This document shows positions 16,440 to 25,517 of a DNA stretch of 26,897 bases, in pieces. The stretch covers positions 1 through 26,897 of the forward strand of contig JANLPS010000548.1 in assembly GCA_031367385.1 (NCBI GenBank), in the 5' to 3' direction. Position 1 is the first letter of the stretch, and each line of letters opens with the position of its first letter. Both the position numbers and the translations under genes were made by a program. The stretch comes from Archangium sp. (GTDB lineage: Bacteria; Myxococcota; Myxococcia; Myxococcales; Myxococcaceae). The notes under the pieces were generated by a model. The model made no database searches. It was given only the letters and a program-made list of their open reading frames with translations, and was not told where the DNA came from.

Positions 16440-17816
16440 ATGGCTTCGACGACAATGCCCCGCCAAGTGCCCTTCATCATCGGAAACGAGGCGTGCGAAC
16501 GCTTCAGTTTCTACGGCATGCGAAACATTCTCACCGTCTTTTTGATCGACTACCTGCTGACCAACGAGGTGCCTGGCCAGGTCGCGCGTGAAGGCATCGC
16601 CAAGGCGCACTTTCACGACTTCGTCGTCGGCGTCTTCTTCTTCCCGCTCCTCGGCGGGTATCTGGCCGACCGGTACCTGGGCAAGTACCGAACGATTCTG
16701 TACCTCTCGTTGGTGTACTGCCTGGGCCAGCTGCTGCTGGTCTTCAGCACCACCAACGCCACCGGGTTCTACGCTGGCCTGTTTCTCATCGCCCTCGGCT
16801 CGGGCGGCATCAAGCCCTGCGTCTCGGCGATGGTCGGAGATCAATTCGACGAAAGCTCGAAGCACCGCGCCAAGAACATCTTCGCGGCCTTCTACTGGAG
16901 CATCAACTTGGGCTCGTTCTTCGCCTCGCTCTTCATACCCAAGTTGCTCAAGCTCTACGGCCCCAAGGTCGCCTTCGGCTTACCCGGCGTGCTGATGCTG
17001 ATCGCGACGATCATCTATTGGGCAGGCAGCAAGTGGTACGTGATGGTGCCGCCGACCGGCCCGAACCCCGACTCGTTTCTCGCCATTCTCTGGTCGGCCC
17101 GCCGCGGAGGCCTCGAGGCCGCCAAAGCCCGCCACCCCGCCGCCAAGGTCGATGGCGTGCGCGCGGTGTTGCGAGTGCTGTTGGTGTTCGTGCCGATACC
17201 GGTCTTCTGGGCACTGTTCGATCAAAAGGCCTCGACCTGGGTCGTGCAAGCCAAAGCGATGAACGGGCACCTCACCCTCTTCGGCCACGATTTTCTCTTC
17301 GAGCCCTCGCAGATGCAGTTCATCAACCCGGCGCTGGTGATGATCCTCATCCCCCTGTTGACGGCGGTGGTGTACCCGAGCCTCACCCGGTGGGGTCTCG
17401 AGCCGACCCCACTGCGCCGAATGGTGACCGGCATGGCCATCGCCGCGGCCTCGTGGGTCGCCGCCGGGCTCGTGCAACGGCAGATCGACCAAGGTCAATC
17501 GCTGAGCATTCTCTGGCAGTTCGGCCCCTACGTGCTGCTGACCTTGGCCGAGGTCTTGGTGAGCACCACCGGCCTCGAGTTCGCGTACAGCCAGGCGCCC
17601 GCCGACATGAAGAGCACGTTGATGAGCTTCTGGTTGCTCACCGCCGCGATCGGCAACCTCTTCGTCGCGCGGGCCTCGACGCTGCTCACCATGACCGGGG
17701 CTCCGCTGTTCTTCTTCTATGCGGGGTGCGCGGTGCTGGCCACCCTGGCGCTGGCGGTGATCGCCCGCGGCTACGTGGTGGTCGATCACTACCGCCCCGC
17801 GCAGCAACCGGTATAA
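16440..17816 (+). CDS. POT/PTR family proton-coupled oligopeptide transporter (MFS), paralog 1
   Basis: Has the EACERFSFYG (ExxERF) motif, GGYLADRYLG, GSGGIKPCVSAMVGDQF, FYWSINLGS and EFAYSQAP, with about 12 hydrophobic segments. Confidence 0.95.
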   Translation: MASTTMPRQVPFIIGNEACERFSFYGMRNILTVFLIDYLLTNEVPGQVAREGIAKAHFHDFVVGVFFFPLLGGYLADRYLGKYRTILYLSLVYCLGQLLLVFSTTNATGFYAGLFLIALGSGGIKPCVSAMVGDQFDESSKHRAKNIFAAFYWSINLGSFFASLFIPKLLKLYGPKVAFGLPGVLMLIATIIYWAGSKWYVMVPPTGPNPDSFLAILWSARRGGLEAAKARHPAAKVDGVRAVLRVLLVFVPIPVFWALFDQKASTWVVQAKAMNGHLTLFGHDFLFEPSQMQFINPALVMILIPLLTAVVYPSLTRWGLEPTPLRRMVTGMAIAAASWVAAGLVQRQIDQGQSLSILWQFGPYVLLTLAEVLVSTTGLEFAYSQAPADMKSTLMSFWLLTAAIGNLFVARASTLLTMTGAPLFFFYAGCAVLATLALAVIARGYVVVDHYRPAQQPV

Positions 17817-17826
17817 GCAGGCGGCA

Positions 17827-18291
17827 ATGAAACGCACTCTGACGGCCCTCGTTGCGCTGGTGATCAGTAGCTGTACTCCGACTGACATGCTCGTCGGCTC
17901 GTACAACGTCACCTTGAGCGGGCTCGACACCACCACCGCGCCCGGCATGTCGACCTCGACGCCGTCAGGCACTGGCACGGTCGCGATCACCCACGGCATC
18001 GCCGCCGACTACGTGATTCTGATCGGCCAGACGACCGCCACGGCGTGCACGCTCAGCGGCAAGAAAAACAAAGACAAAGCGCAGGTCATCGACATCGCCG
18101 CCGGTCAGGTCTGCCAATTTTCGTACTCGACGGGCAGCGTGACCGCCACGCTCACCTCGGGCTCGGTCACGCTCGACGCGAGCACGATGAACACGATGAG
18201 CCTGGCGCTCGCCTACTCGTACACGGGCAGTGTCTTGGGCATCAACTACGCCGGCACTGGCAACCGCACCTACGCAGGGCCGCGCTTCTAA
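17827..18291 (+). CDS. Small beta-rich lipoprotein, hypothetical
   Basis: MKRTLTALVALVISSC is a lipoprotein-type signal. The mature part has Thr/Ser/Gly-rich strands and two further Cys. Confidence 0.75.
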   Translation: MKRTLTALVALVISSCTPTDMLVGSYNVTLSGLDTTTAPGMSTSTPSGTGTVAITHGIAADYVILIGQTTATACTLSGKKNKDKAQVIDIAAGQVCQFSYSTGSVTATLTSGSVTLDASTMNTMSLALAYSYTGSVLGINYAGTGNRTYAGPRF

Positions 18292-18302
18292 GCGCTTTGG
18301 CT

Positions 18303-18764
18303 TCAGCTCAGCGTGACCACGTCGCGGTAGCTGGGCGTGATGCCGAGCGTCTCGAGCCAGACGGTGGCGCGATCTTCACACTGGCGCTGCCGAAACGAGT
18401 GCCAGCGGTCGAGCTCATCGGGCAACCAACCCAGGGCTGCACGAAACCGGCGGTCGGGCCTCGGCGCCGAGAGCGCCAGGTCGAGTGATTCTTTGAGCTG
18501 CACATCGGTCAGCTGGGCCGCGAAGGCCTGCATGTCGCCGAGCATGTCGGCCGGAGCAGCCGATGGAACTTGCCGAAATCGCTGCGTATTCTGCTCGAGG
18601 TCGCTCACCGTGAGCCCGGCGTTCTCTTCGGGGTCGTACTCCACGTTGACCAGAATCACGTCGCCGTTGGTGACATCGAGAAACCAGCGCAGGTCGGCCG
18701 GCTCCGCCTCGAGCGCGATGCACAGCTCCGACATGTCGACCGGCAGTGGCGCGAGTTGCTTCAA
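18303..18764 (-). CDS. UPF0158 family protein
   Basis: Pattern ELCIALE...WFLDVTNGDVI...RFRQVP...MQAFA...L..AL...RRFRAAL...RWHSFR...WLETLGI is typical of UPF0158. TTG start at 18764 follows GGGGGA; the alternative is ATG 18734. Confidence 0.8.
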   Translation of the reverse strand: MKQLAPLPVDMSELCIALEAEPADLRWFLDVTNGDVILVNVEYDPEENAGLTVSDLEQNTQRFRQVPSAAPADMLGDMQAFAAQLTDVQLKESLDLALSAPRPDRRFRAALGWLPDELDRWHSFRQRQCEDRATVWLETLGITPSYRDVVTLS

Positions 18765-18870
18765 GAAGGTTCCCCCGCGGGGCTGTACGACACCTTCAAA
18801 GGGCGTTGCAAGACAACTCAAGTGCGCACCTGTTCTGTAGCGGGGTGAAGAATGGTAGGTGCGACGACCC

Positions 18871-20544
18871 ATGACGCCAGCCAGCGCAGTCGCCCCGGTC
18901 GCCGAGGCCAAAGACAGCAAGATGCCGACCAGCATCTGGTTCATCATCAGCAACGAGTTCGCCGAGCGGTTCTGTTTCTACGGCATCAACTCGATTCTGG
19001 CCGTGTATCTGGTGCAGAACCTTCAGTTCACCAACGCCAACGCGGCGTCGTGGCAGTCGATGTTCAAGGCAGGCGCGTACCTGTTCCCCATGATGGGGGC
19101 GATTGTCTCAGACGTGTTCTGGGGCAAATACCGCACGATTCTGGTCTTCTCGACCATCTATGCCATCGGGTGCCTGTTGCTCGCCTTGCTCGGGCGCACC
19201 GAGCTCGCCCTGGCCTGCAGCCTGGGCCTGGTCGCGGTCGGCACCGGCGGCATCAAGCCCTGCGTCGCCACCAACGTCGGAGATCAATTCACCTCGAAGA
19301 ACCAGCACCTCGTCGAGCGCGCGTTCTCGCTCTTCTACGCGGCGATCAATGCCGGCTCGTTCATCTCGATCTTCACCTGCCCCATCATGTTGCAGCCAAT
19401 GGCCAAGCGCCCGATGGACAGTGCCTTCACCTCGTTTCTGAGCACCCACCTGCCCGAGGGGCCGGCCTGGGCCTTCGGTATACCCGGGGTGATGATGGCG
19501 CTGGCCACGGTGGTGTTCTGGCTCGGCCGAGCTCGATATGCGCGAGTGCCGCCCGCGGGCAAGACCTGGCTCAAAGACGTGCTCAGCCCGGAGGGCCGCT
19601 CGCTCGTGCTGCGCCTGGCCACCATCTACTTCTTCGTCATCTTCTTCTGGATGCTGTGGGACCAGTCGAACGGCAACACGTGGACGCTGCAGGCCCAGTC
19701 GACCTTGATGGACAAGAACCTGGGCTTCGGCATCACGCTCTTGCCGGCGCAGCTGCAGGTGGTGAACGGTCTCTTCATTCTGATCTTCTCGCCGCTCTTC
19801 GGCTTCTTCGTGTACCCGATGATTTCGCGCTTCACCGCCGTGACCCCACTGCGAAAGATCGGCGCCGGGCTGTTCGTCACCGCGTTCTCGTTCGTCATCG
19901 TCGGCTTGATCGAGAAGCAGCTTCAGGCTGGCCATCGGGTCAGCATGTGGTGGCAGATTCTGGCCTACGCGGTGCTCACCGTGGGCGAGGTGCTGGTGTC
20001 GATCACCGCGCTCGAGTTCTCGTACAAGCAGGCGCCGCTGCGCATGAAGAGCTTCATCATGGCGTGCTTCTATCTGTCGATCAGCCTCGGCAACTTCGCG
20101 ATCGCCGGCGTGAACAAGGCGATGACCAAGCCGATGGTCGTCAGCAGCATCGAGACGGGGCCCTCGACCTGGGTCGACCTCGAAGACACCACCGGCTTCG
20201 AGGCCAGCCAGCGCATCGACTTCACCGGCGAGAACGGGGTGTTGATCGCCGCCGCGACCCCCGACGCGAAGGCCGAGCCGCTTCAAGGCACCTACATGGT
20301 GGGCGCCATCGAGCAAAAGCGGCTGCAGCTGCTCAACGCGGTCGACCAATCACCCATCGCCACCAGCGGGCGCTACGCCCTGACCCCAGGCGCTGCGGTG
20401 TCGACCTCGTACCTGGTCGGGCCGACGTATTTCTACTTCTTCACCGGGGTGATGGTGGTGATGGCGCTGATCTTCATCTTCGTCGCGATGCGCTACAAAG
20501 AGCAGTCGTTCATGCGCACCGACGAGGCGCCCGCAACGAGCTGA
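18871..20544 (+). CDS. POT/PTR family oligopeptide transporter (MFS), paralog 2, with a large loop insertion before the last TM helix
   Basis: Contains EFAERFCFYG, GTGGIKPCVATNVGDQF, FYAAINAGS and EFSYKQAP, plus a ~100-aa soluble segment at ~20122-20418. Start is ATG 18871 or GTG 18859. Confidence 0.93.
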   Translation: MTPASAVAPVAEAKDSKMPTSIWFIISNEFAERFCFYGINSILAVYLVQNLQFTNANAASWQSMFKAGAYLFPMMGAIVSDVFWGKYRTILVFSTIYAIGCLLLALLGRTELALACSLGLVAVGTGGIKPCVATNVGDQFTSKNQHLVERAFSLFYAAINAGSFISIFTCPIMLQPMAKRPMDSAFTSFLSTHLPEGPAWAFGIPGVMMALATVVFWLGRARYARVPPAGKTWLKDVLSPEGRSLVLRLATIYFFVIFFWMLWDQSNGNTWTLQAQSTLMDKNLGFGITLLPAQLQVVNGLFILIFSPLFGFFVYPMISRFTAVTPLRKIGAGLFVTAFSFVIVGLIEKQLQAGHRVSMWWQILAYAVLTVGEVLVSITALEFSYKQAPLRMKSFIMACFYLSISLGNFAIAGVNKAMTKPMVVSSIETGPSTWVDLEDTTGFEASQRIDFTGENGVLIAAATPDAKAEPLQGTYMVGAIEQKRLQLLNAVDQSPIATSGRYALTPGAAVSTSYLVGPTYFYFFTGVMVVMALIFIFVAMRYKEQSFMRTDEAPATS

Positions 20545-20627
20545 AAGCCATTGATTTCACTGAGCTTCAAGGGTTTCAACCGCTCGCCTTGAAACTCCGA
20601 ACAGCCTGAGCGCATTGTGCCGCCAGC

Positions 20628-21227
20628 GTGTTGCGACTGCTCACCAGAACGCCGGCCATCACTCCCGAGACGCCCGACGATTCGCTCGTCGGCCGCGCCC
20701 AGGCGGGTGAGACCGCGGCGTTTCGCGCCCTGTTCGAGCGCCACGTGGTCTCGGTGCGCCGCTTCTTGCGAGACCTGTTGCGCGACTCGCACGCCGCCGA
20801 TGACGCGACCCAAGAGGCCTTCGCCCGGGCGCACGCGCAGCTGCCCAAGCTGACCGAGAAAGAGCGCTTCAAGCCCTGGCTGCTCGGCATCGCCCGCAAC
20901 GTGGCGTTCGAGGCGCGGCGGGTGCGCGTGCACGACGTGTACGATCACGACAGCGACGAGAGCGACGTGCCTGACGCGGTCATCCCTTCTCCGAACCCCG
21001 AGGCGCTGCTGCTCAACCAGGAGCTCGCCAAGCAGTTCAACGAAGCCTTGAGCGAGCTGTCACCGAATCGCCGCGCGGCCCTGTTGATGCGGCTCGATCA
21101 CGGACTCTCGTACGATGACATCGCCGCCAACTTCGGCTGGTCGATACCCACCGTGAAGAATGAAATTCACCGCGCACGGTTGAAGCTGCGCGCGTTGCTG
21201 TTGCCACACCTGGGGAGGCTCCCATGA
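20628..21227 (+). CDS. ECF (sigma-70 group 4) RNA polymerase sigma factor
   Basis: Region 2: AQAGETAAFRALFERH, AADDATQEAF, FKPWLLGIARN. Region 4: LSPNRRAALLMRLDHGLSYDDIA...TVKNEIHRAR. Confidence 0.93.
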   Translation: MLRLLTRTPAITPETPDDSLVGRAQAGETAAFRALFERHVVSVRRFLRDLLRDSHAADDATQEAFARAHAQLPKLTEKERFKPWLLGIARNVAFEARRVRVHDVYDHDSDESDVPDAVIPSPNPEALLLNQELAKQFNEALSELSPNRRAALLMRLDHGLSYDDIAANFGWSIPTVKNEIHRARLKLRALLLPHLGRLP

Positions 21228-21700
21228 GCAAGTGCGGGCGCACCCATCTGCTCGACGCGATGACCGCGGGAGAAGTCGCTCCCGCGCTTGAAGTTGAGCT
21301 CCGTGCACACGCTTCGGCCTGTGCGCGCTGCCGCCACGAATTGAATTGGCTCGAGTCTGAGCAGCGCTTGTTTCGCCACCGCGCCGGCCGCGATGAAGTG
21401 CAGCAGCTGTGGCAGGGCATCGAGCAGCGCACGCCGAGGCTCCAGCCCTCGGCCATGAATCGCATGTTGGTCGCGCTCGCCGCGGCGCTGCTGCTCGTGC
21501 TGGGCGTGGGCCGCCTGACCGTCACGGGGGCCAACCCCACGGCCGGTGGGGGCACCACCACCGACGCCGAACAGCTGCAATCGGTGGAGTGGGCCAGTGA
21601 GCCGATGTCGTTTGAAGACCCACAGGCCTGCTCGAAGCTGACCCCTGGGTTGGGCTTTCACTGCGGCACCGTGCAGACCAGCGTCTTGGCCTCGCGCTGA
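21224..21700 (+). CDS. Membrane-anchored anti-sigma factor with zf-HC2 zinc finger
   Basis: ATGA overlap with the sigma gene, HASACARC (HxxxCxxC), one TM segment (MLVALAAALLLVLGVG) and a short C-terminal tail. Confidence 0.85.
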   Translation: MSKCGRTHLLDAMTAGEVAPALEVELRAHASACARCRHELNWLESEQRLFRHRAGRDEVQQLWQGIEQRTPRLQPSAMNRMLVALAAALLLVLGVGRLTVTGANPTAGGGTTTDAEQLQSVEWASEPMSFEDPQACSKLTPGLGFHCGTVQTSVLASR

Positions 21701-21768
21701 CATTTTCCCACACGCTTTCGTCAGTTGTTTCGTTGGGCCTCAGCCGATCCGCTAGTCTACAACGACCG

Positions 21769-22872
21769 ATGAGAACGTCCGCGTTGTTGTGGGTCGCGAT
21801 CTCCAGCCTGGCCATGGCGGCGAAACCGGCGAGACCCGCGCAGAAGGCGGCCCCGCCTGTTCCCGAGACCCGGGTCACTCCCGCGACCAAGGCCCCTGAG
21901 AAAGGGTCGCCCGCTGACCTCAAGTTGGCGTCGCCGGCGCTGCTCGCCAAAACCCAGGAGCTCTACTCGTCGCTCGAGTACGACCAGGTCATACCGCTCT
22001 CGACCGCGCTGCTGGCGCGTGACGACTTGACCATCGATCAACGGCTCGAGGCGTATCGGCTGCAAGGCTGCGCCAAGGCGATCGTCGAAGACCCGGTCGA
22101 TGCCGAGAAGCCGTTTCGCCTCTTGTTGCGCGCGCGCCCTGACTACGACCTGCCCAAAGACACCACGCCGAAAATTCTCTCGGTCTTTCGCAAGGTGCAG
22201 ACCGAAGAGCAGGCGCTGGCGAAGCAGCTGCGAGAGGTCGATCGCTCGCGCGTCATCGCCAACCTGCGGCTGATCGGAGAGCCCCCCAAAGAATTCAAGG
22301 GTGGTCGCCCGATGAACTTTTCGTTTCGGTTGAAAGACCCGACCGGCGCGGTCGAGGCGATTCGCCTGCCATACCGTCGACAAGGGCAGAAGGTGTTCTC
22401 GTCGCTGGCCCTCGAGCGTAACGAAGCGGGTGATTGGCGCGGCGCGATACCCGGGGAGTTCACCGCCGACGACCACGGGTTCACCCTCGAGTACTACGTC
22501 GAGACGGCCGACACCGAGGGGCCCCTGCTCTCGCTGGGCACGGTGCTGATGCCGAAGACGCTGCCGATTCTGCCCGGAGAGCTCTTCACCGAGCGGCCCA
22601 AGCCCGTCTCTCGCGGTGTCTTCATCGCCAGCGCGGTCACCACCGGGGCGCTCGGCATCGCAGGCGGCGTGCTGGCGATCTTCTTCAACGTGAGCCAGGC
22701 CAATTACCGCACGATGGCGCAGGGCCAGGTCGACGGCGCGAAGCTGGTCGCGGCGGCGAGGTCGGGTGACACTCTGGCGCTGGCGACCAACGTGGTGCTG
22801 ATCACCGGCGGTGCGGCGCTGCTGACCACCATCGTTCTCTCGACCCTGACCAACTTTTCACCAGAGCAATGA
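21769..22872 (+). CDS. Exported TPR-like protein with a beta domain and C-terminal hydrophobic segments
   Basis: Signal peptide MRTSALLWVAISSLAMA, then a TPR-like helical region (YSSLEYDQV...AYRLQGCA...FRLLLRARPDYDL...PKILSVF), LEYYVETAD, and two hydrophobic C-terminal stretches. Confidence 0.75.
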   Translation: MRTSALLWVAISSLAMAAKPARPAQKAAPPVPETRVTPATKAPEKGSPADLKLASPALLAKTQELYSSLEYDQVIPLSTALLARDDLTIDQRLEAYRLQGCAKAIVEDPVDAEKPFRLLLRARPDYDLPKDTTPKILSVFRKVQTEEQALAKQLREVDRSRVIANLRLIGEPPKEFKGGRPMNFSFRLKDPTGAVEAIRLPYRRQGQKVFSSLALERNEAGDWRGAIPGEFTADDHGFTLEYYVETADTEGPLLSLGTVLMPKTLPILPGELFTERPKPVSRGVFIASAVTTGALGIAGGVLAIFFNVSQANYRTMAQGQVDGAKLVAAARSGDTLALATNVVLITGGAALLTTIVLSTLTNFSPEQ

Positions 22873-22881
22873 TCAGCAGTC

Positions 22882-24672
22882 ATGGCTGACCTGATCTTCG
22901 GCAAATACGAAATTCAACACCGCCTCGCCATCGGCGGCATGGGCGAGGTGTTCTTCGCGACCCAGAAGGGCGTACCGGGGTTCGAGCGACCGGTGATTCT
23001 GAAGTCGCTGCTGCCTGATCTGGCGCAGCAAGAAGGCTTCATCGATCAATTTCTCGACGAAGCGCGAGTGGCCGCGACCCTCAATCACCCGAACGTAGTC
23101 TCGATCTACGAGGTCGGGTTGTGGAACGGCACGTACTACATCGCGATGGAATACATTCGCGGCCGCAACCTCTCGCAGCTCTTGCGTAAGGCGATCGAAC
23201 AGCAGATCGCGGTGCCGCCGCACGTCGCCGGGCGAATCATTCACGACGCGGCGATCGGCCTCGATCACGCGCACCACGCCACCGACAACAACGGCACGAT
23301 GCTGAACATCGTTCACCGCGACATCAGCCCGCAGAACATCATGGTGCGCGAAGACGGCGTCACCAAGGTCGTCGATTTCGGCATCGCCCACGCCTCGAAC
23401 CGCGCCGCCAGCCGCACCGCCACCGGAGCGCTCAAGGGCAAGCTGGCCTACATGGCGCCCGAGCAGATCATCGGCCAGACCTCGGCGTTGGTTGATCAAT
23501 TCGCGCTGGGCATCGTCTTCTGGGAGCTGCTGGCCAGCCGCCGCCTCTTCAAAGCTGAGAGCGATATTCTGATCGCTCGCAAGGTGATGGAGGAGCTCAT
23601 TCCTCCGCCGTCGTCGGTGTTTCCCGACATACCGCGGTCGGTCGACGCGGTGGTGATGCGCATGCTCGAGCGCAACACCACCAAGCGCTTCGCCTCGTGC
23701 GCCGACGCAGCCTCGGCGATCGACCAAGCGCTGGTCGGCTTGACGCCTTCGGGCGGGTCACCCGTCACCGCGTTCATGCGGCGGCTCGGCACCGAAGACC
23801 TGACCATCAAGGTCAAGTCGAACACCGGGTCTCCAGCCAGCAACTTCGTCATTTCGCTCAAGCAGAACGTCGAAGGCGCGGTACCTGTCGAGGTCGACCT
23901 CTCGACCCGAACGCCCATTGGCGCGCGGCTGGGCACCACTGGCGTGTTGACCGGGCCACTGGGCAGCGAGACTCAGGCCCCTGAGCCGAAGCGCAACCTG
24001 TTGCCGATCATGCTGGCCGTCATCACGCTGCTGTTGCTGGCGTTGGTCGGTCTGGTGGCGCTCAAGATCTCGAACGCCGAGCCAGATCAGGTGACCGTGA
24101 TACCCACGGTGAGCGCACCGGTCGTCATCGAACCCCCCACCGAGAGTGCACTCGATGCGGGCCCGGTGAGCGCCTCAGTCGAGCCAGTGAAGCTGGCCCA
24201 CGTGCGAATCGACACCACGCCTCCCGGTGCGACGGTGCGCCTCGACGGGCGACCCTTGGGGCCCGCGCCTCAGCTCGTCGAGGTGACGGCCGACACCGTT
24301 CACTACGTGCAGGTCGAGCGCTCAGGGTATCGCCGCGCAGAACAAGAGGTCTCGGCGCCGCTGGGCGAGACCAAAGACGTGATGATCAAGCTGACTGCGT
24401 TCGAGCGCTCGGCGACCACCTCGGTTTCGACTCCGGTCGCGGCGGCGCAACCGACCGCGCTGCAGCCCGGCTTCTTGACCCTCGACACCAAACCGTGGAC
24501 GAAGGTGAACATCGATGGCGACCCCTTCGGCGTGGTGCCGCTCTCGCGCAAGCGCCTGACCAGTGGCAAGCACACGCTCGAGCTCATCAACGAAGGCGAG
24601 AACATTCACGTCACCCGGGTGGTCGAAATTTCACCCAACAAGCTGACGAAGCTGCAATTGACCTTGCCGTGA
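22882..24672 (+). CDS. Membrane Hanks-type Ser/Thr protein kinase with C-terminal PEGA-like domains
   Basis: Kinase motifs GGMGEVF, VILK, FLDEAR, HPNVV, HRDISPQN, DFG, YMAPEQ and DQFALG. TM segment LLPIMLAVITLLLLALVGLVAL. PEGA-like IDTTPPGATVRLDG and LTLDTKPWTKVNIDG. Confidence 0.95.
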   Translation: MADLIFGKYEIQHRLAIGGMGEVFFATQKGVPGFERPVILKSLLPDLAQQEGFIDQFLDEARVAATLNHPNVVSIYEVGLWNGTYYIAMEYIRGRNLSQLLRKAIEQQIAVPPHVAGRIIHDAAIGLDHAHHATDNNGTMLNIVHRDISPQNIMVREDGVTKVVDFGIAHASNRAASRTATGALKGKLAYMAPEQIIGQTSALVDQFALGIVFWELLASRRLFKAESDILIARKVMEELIPPPSSVFPDIPRSVDAVVMRMLERNTTKRFASCADAASAIDQALVGLTPSGGSPVTAFMRRLGTEDLTIKVKSNTGSPASNFVISLKQNVEGAVPVEVDLSTRTPIGARLGTTGVLTGPLGSETQAPEPKRNLLPIMLAVITLLLLALVGLVALKISNAEPDQVTVIPTVSAPVVIEPPTESALDAGPVSASVEPVKLAHVRIDTTPPGATVRLDGRPLGPAPQLVEVTADTVHYVQVERSGYRRAEQEVSAPLGETKDVMIKLTAFERSATTSVSTPVAAAQPTALQPGFLTLDTKPWTKVNIDGDPFGVVPLSRKRLTSGKHTLELINEGENIHVTRVVEISPNKLTKLQLTLP

Positions 24673-25508
24673 ACCTCGATGCACTGCTGGCGCAGGCGCC
24701 CCGCTTTCCCCAGCGAATCGTGTGCCTGACTGAAGAGACCACCGAGACGCTGTACCGCATCGGCTGCGGTGAGCTGGTGGTGGGTGTGAGTGGCTTTACC
24801 GTTCGGCCCCCCGAGGCGCGAAAGAAGCCGAAGGTGTCGAGCTTTCTCGACGCGAACTACGAGCGCATTGTCGAGCTCAAGCCCGACCTGGTGCTGGGGT
24901 TCTCCGACCTCCAGGCGACCCTGGGCGCCGAGCTCGCAAAGCGCGGAGTGCCCGTCGTGTTGTTCAATCAGCGCTCCATCGCCGAGATTCTGCAAACGAT
25001 TCGGGTGATTGGCGCACTGGTGGGCCACGCAGACGAGAGCATCGCGCTGGCGACCGAGCTCGAGGCCAACGTGCGCGCGGTCGCCGCGAAGGCGCAGACC
25101 CTGCCGAGGCGACCGAGAGTCTTCTTCGAAGAATGGCACGAGCCGCTGATCTCCGGCATTCGCTGGTGCTCGGAGCTGATCGAGGTGTGCGGCGGCGAAG
25201 ACGTGTGTATCGAGACCCGCTCGCAGCAGGGCGCGAAGGGGCGAATCTTCGAGCCTGCCGAGGTGGCTCGGCGCAGGCCTGAAGTGGTGATCGCGAGCTG
25301 GTGTGGGCGCAAGGTGAAGCGCGAGAAGATCATCAATCGACCGGGGTGGAGCGAGGTGCCGGCGGTTCGCGACGACCAGCTCTACGAGATCAAGAGCCCC
25401 ACCATCTTGCAACCAGGCCCCGCGGCGTTGACCGATGGCATCGCCCAAATGGCGCGAATCATCACTGCCGTCGCTCACGGCGAGCACCTGCCTTCTCGCT
25501 TGGCCTGA
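24669..25508 (+). CDS. Cobalamin/metal-chelate binding protein (BtuF/TroA-like helical backbone)
   Basis: Contains PQRIVCLTEETTETLY, VVGVS, IVELKPDLVL, RPRVFFEEW, ELIEVCGG and LQPGP. The GTG start overlaps the kinase stop (GTGA). Confidence 0.85.
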   Translation: MNLDALLAQAPRFPQRIVCLTEETTETLYRIGCGELVVGVSGFTVRPPEARKKPKVSSFLDANYERIVELKPDLVLGFSDLQATLGAELAKRGVPVVLFNQRSIAEILQTIRVIGALVGHADESIALATELEANVRAVAAKAQTLPRRPRVFFEEWHEPLISGIRWCSELIEVCGGEDVCIETRSQQGAKGRIFEPAEVARRRPEVVIASWCGRKVKREKIINRPGWSEVPAVRDDQLYEIKSPTILQPGPAALTDGIAQMARIITAVAHGEHLPSRLA

Positions 25509-25517
25509 GGGGCACAA

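Noticed and set aside
18765..18953. Long N-terminal extension of the UPF0158 ORF (216-aa version)
   Set aside because: It overlaps the divergent POT gene start. Family-like sequence begins near 18764, where an RBS-like GGGGGA precedes TTG.
18852..20609. 585-aa alternative-frame ORF over POT paralog 2, and similar long overlapping ORFs (3320..4759, 19108..20349, 24606..25751, 55..678)
   Set aside because: These are shadow ORFs expected in high-GC coding DNA. They are Arg/Gly/Ala-rich with no motifs and overlap well-supported genes.
24495..24668. Upstream extension of the BtuF-like ORF
   Set aside because: It lies inside the kinase CDS in another frame. The GTGA stop/start overlap at 24669 is the more plausible start.
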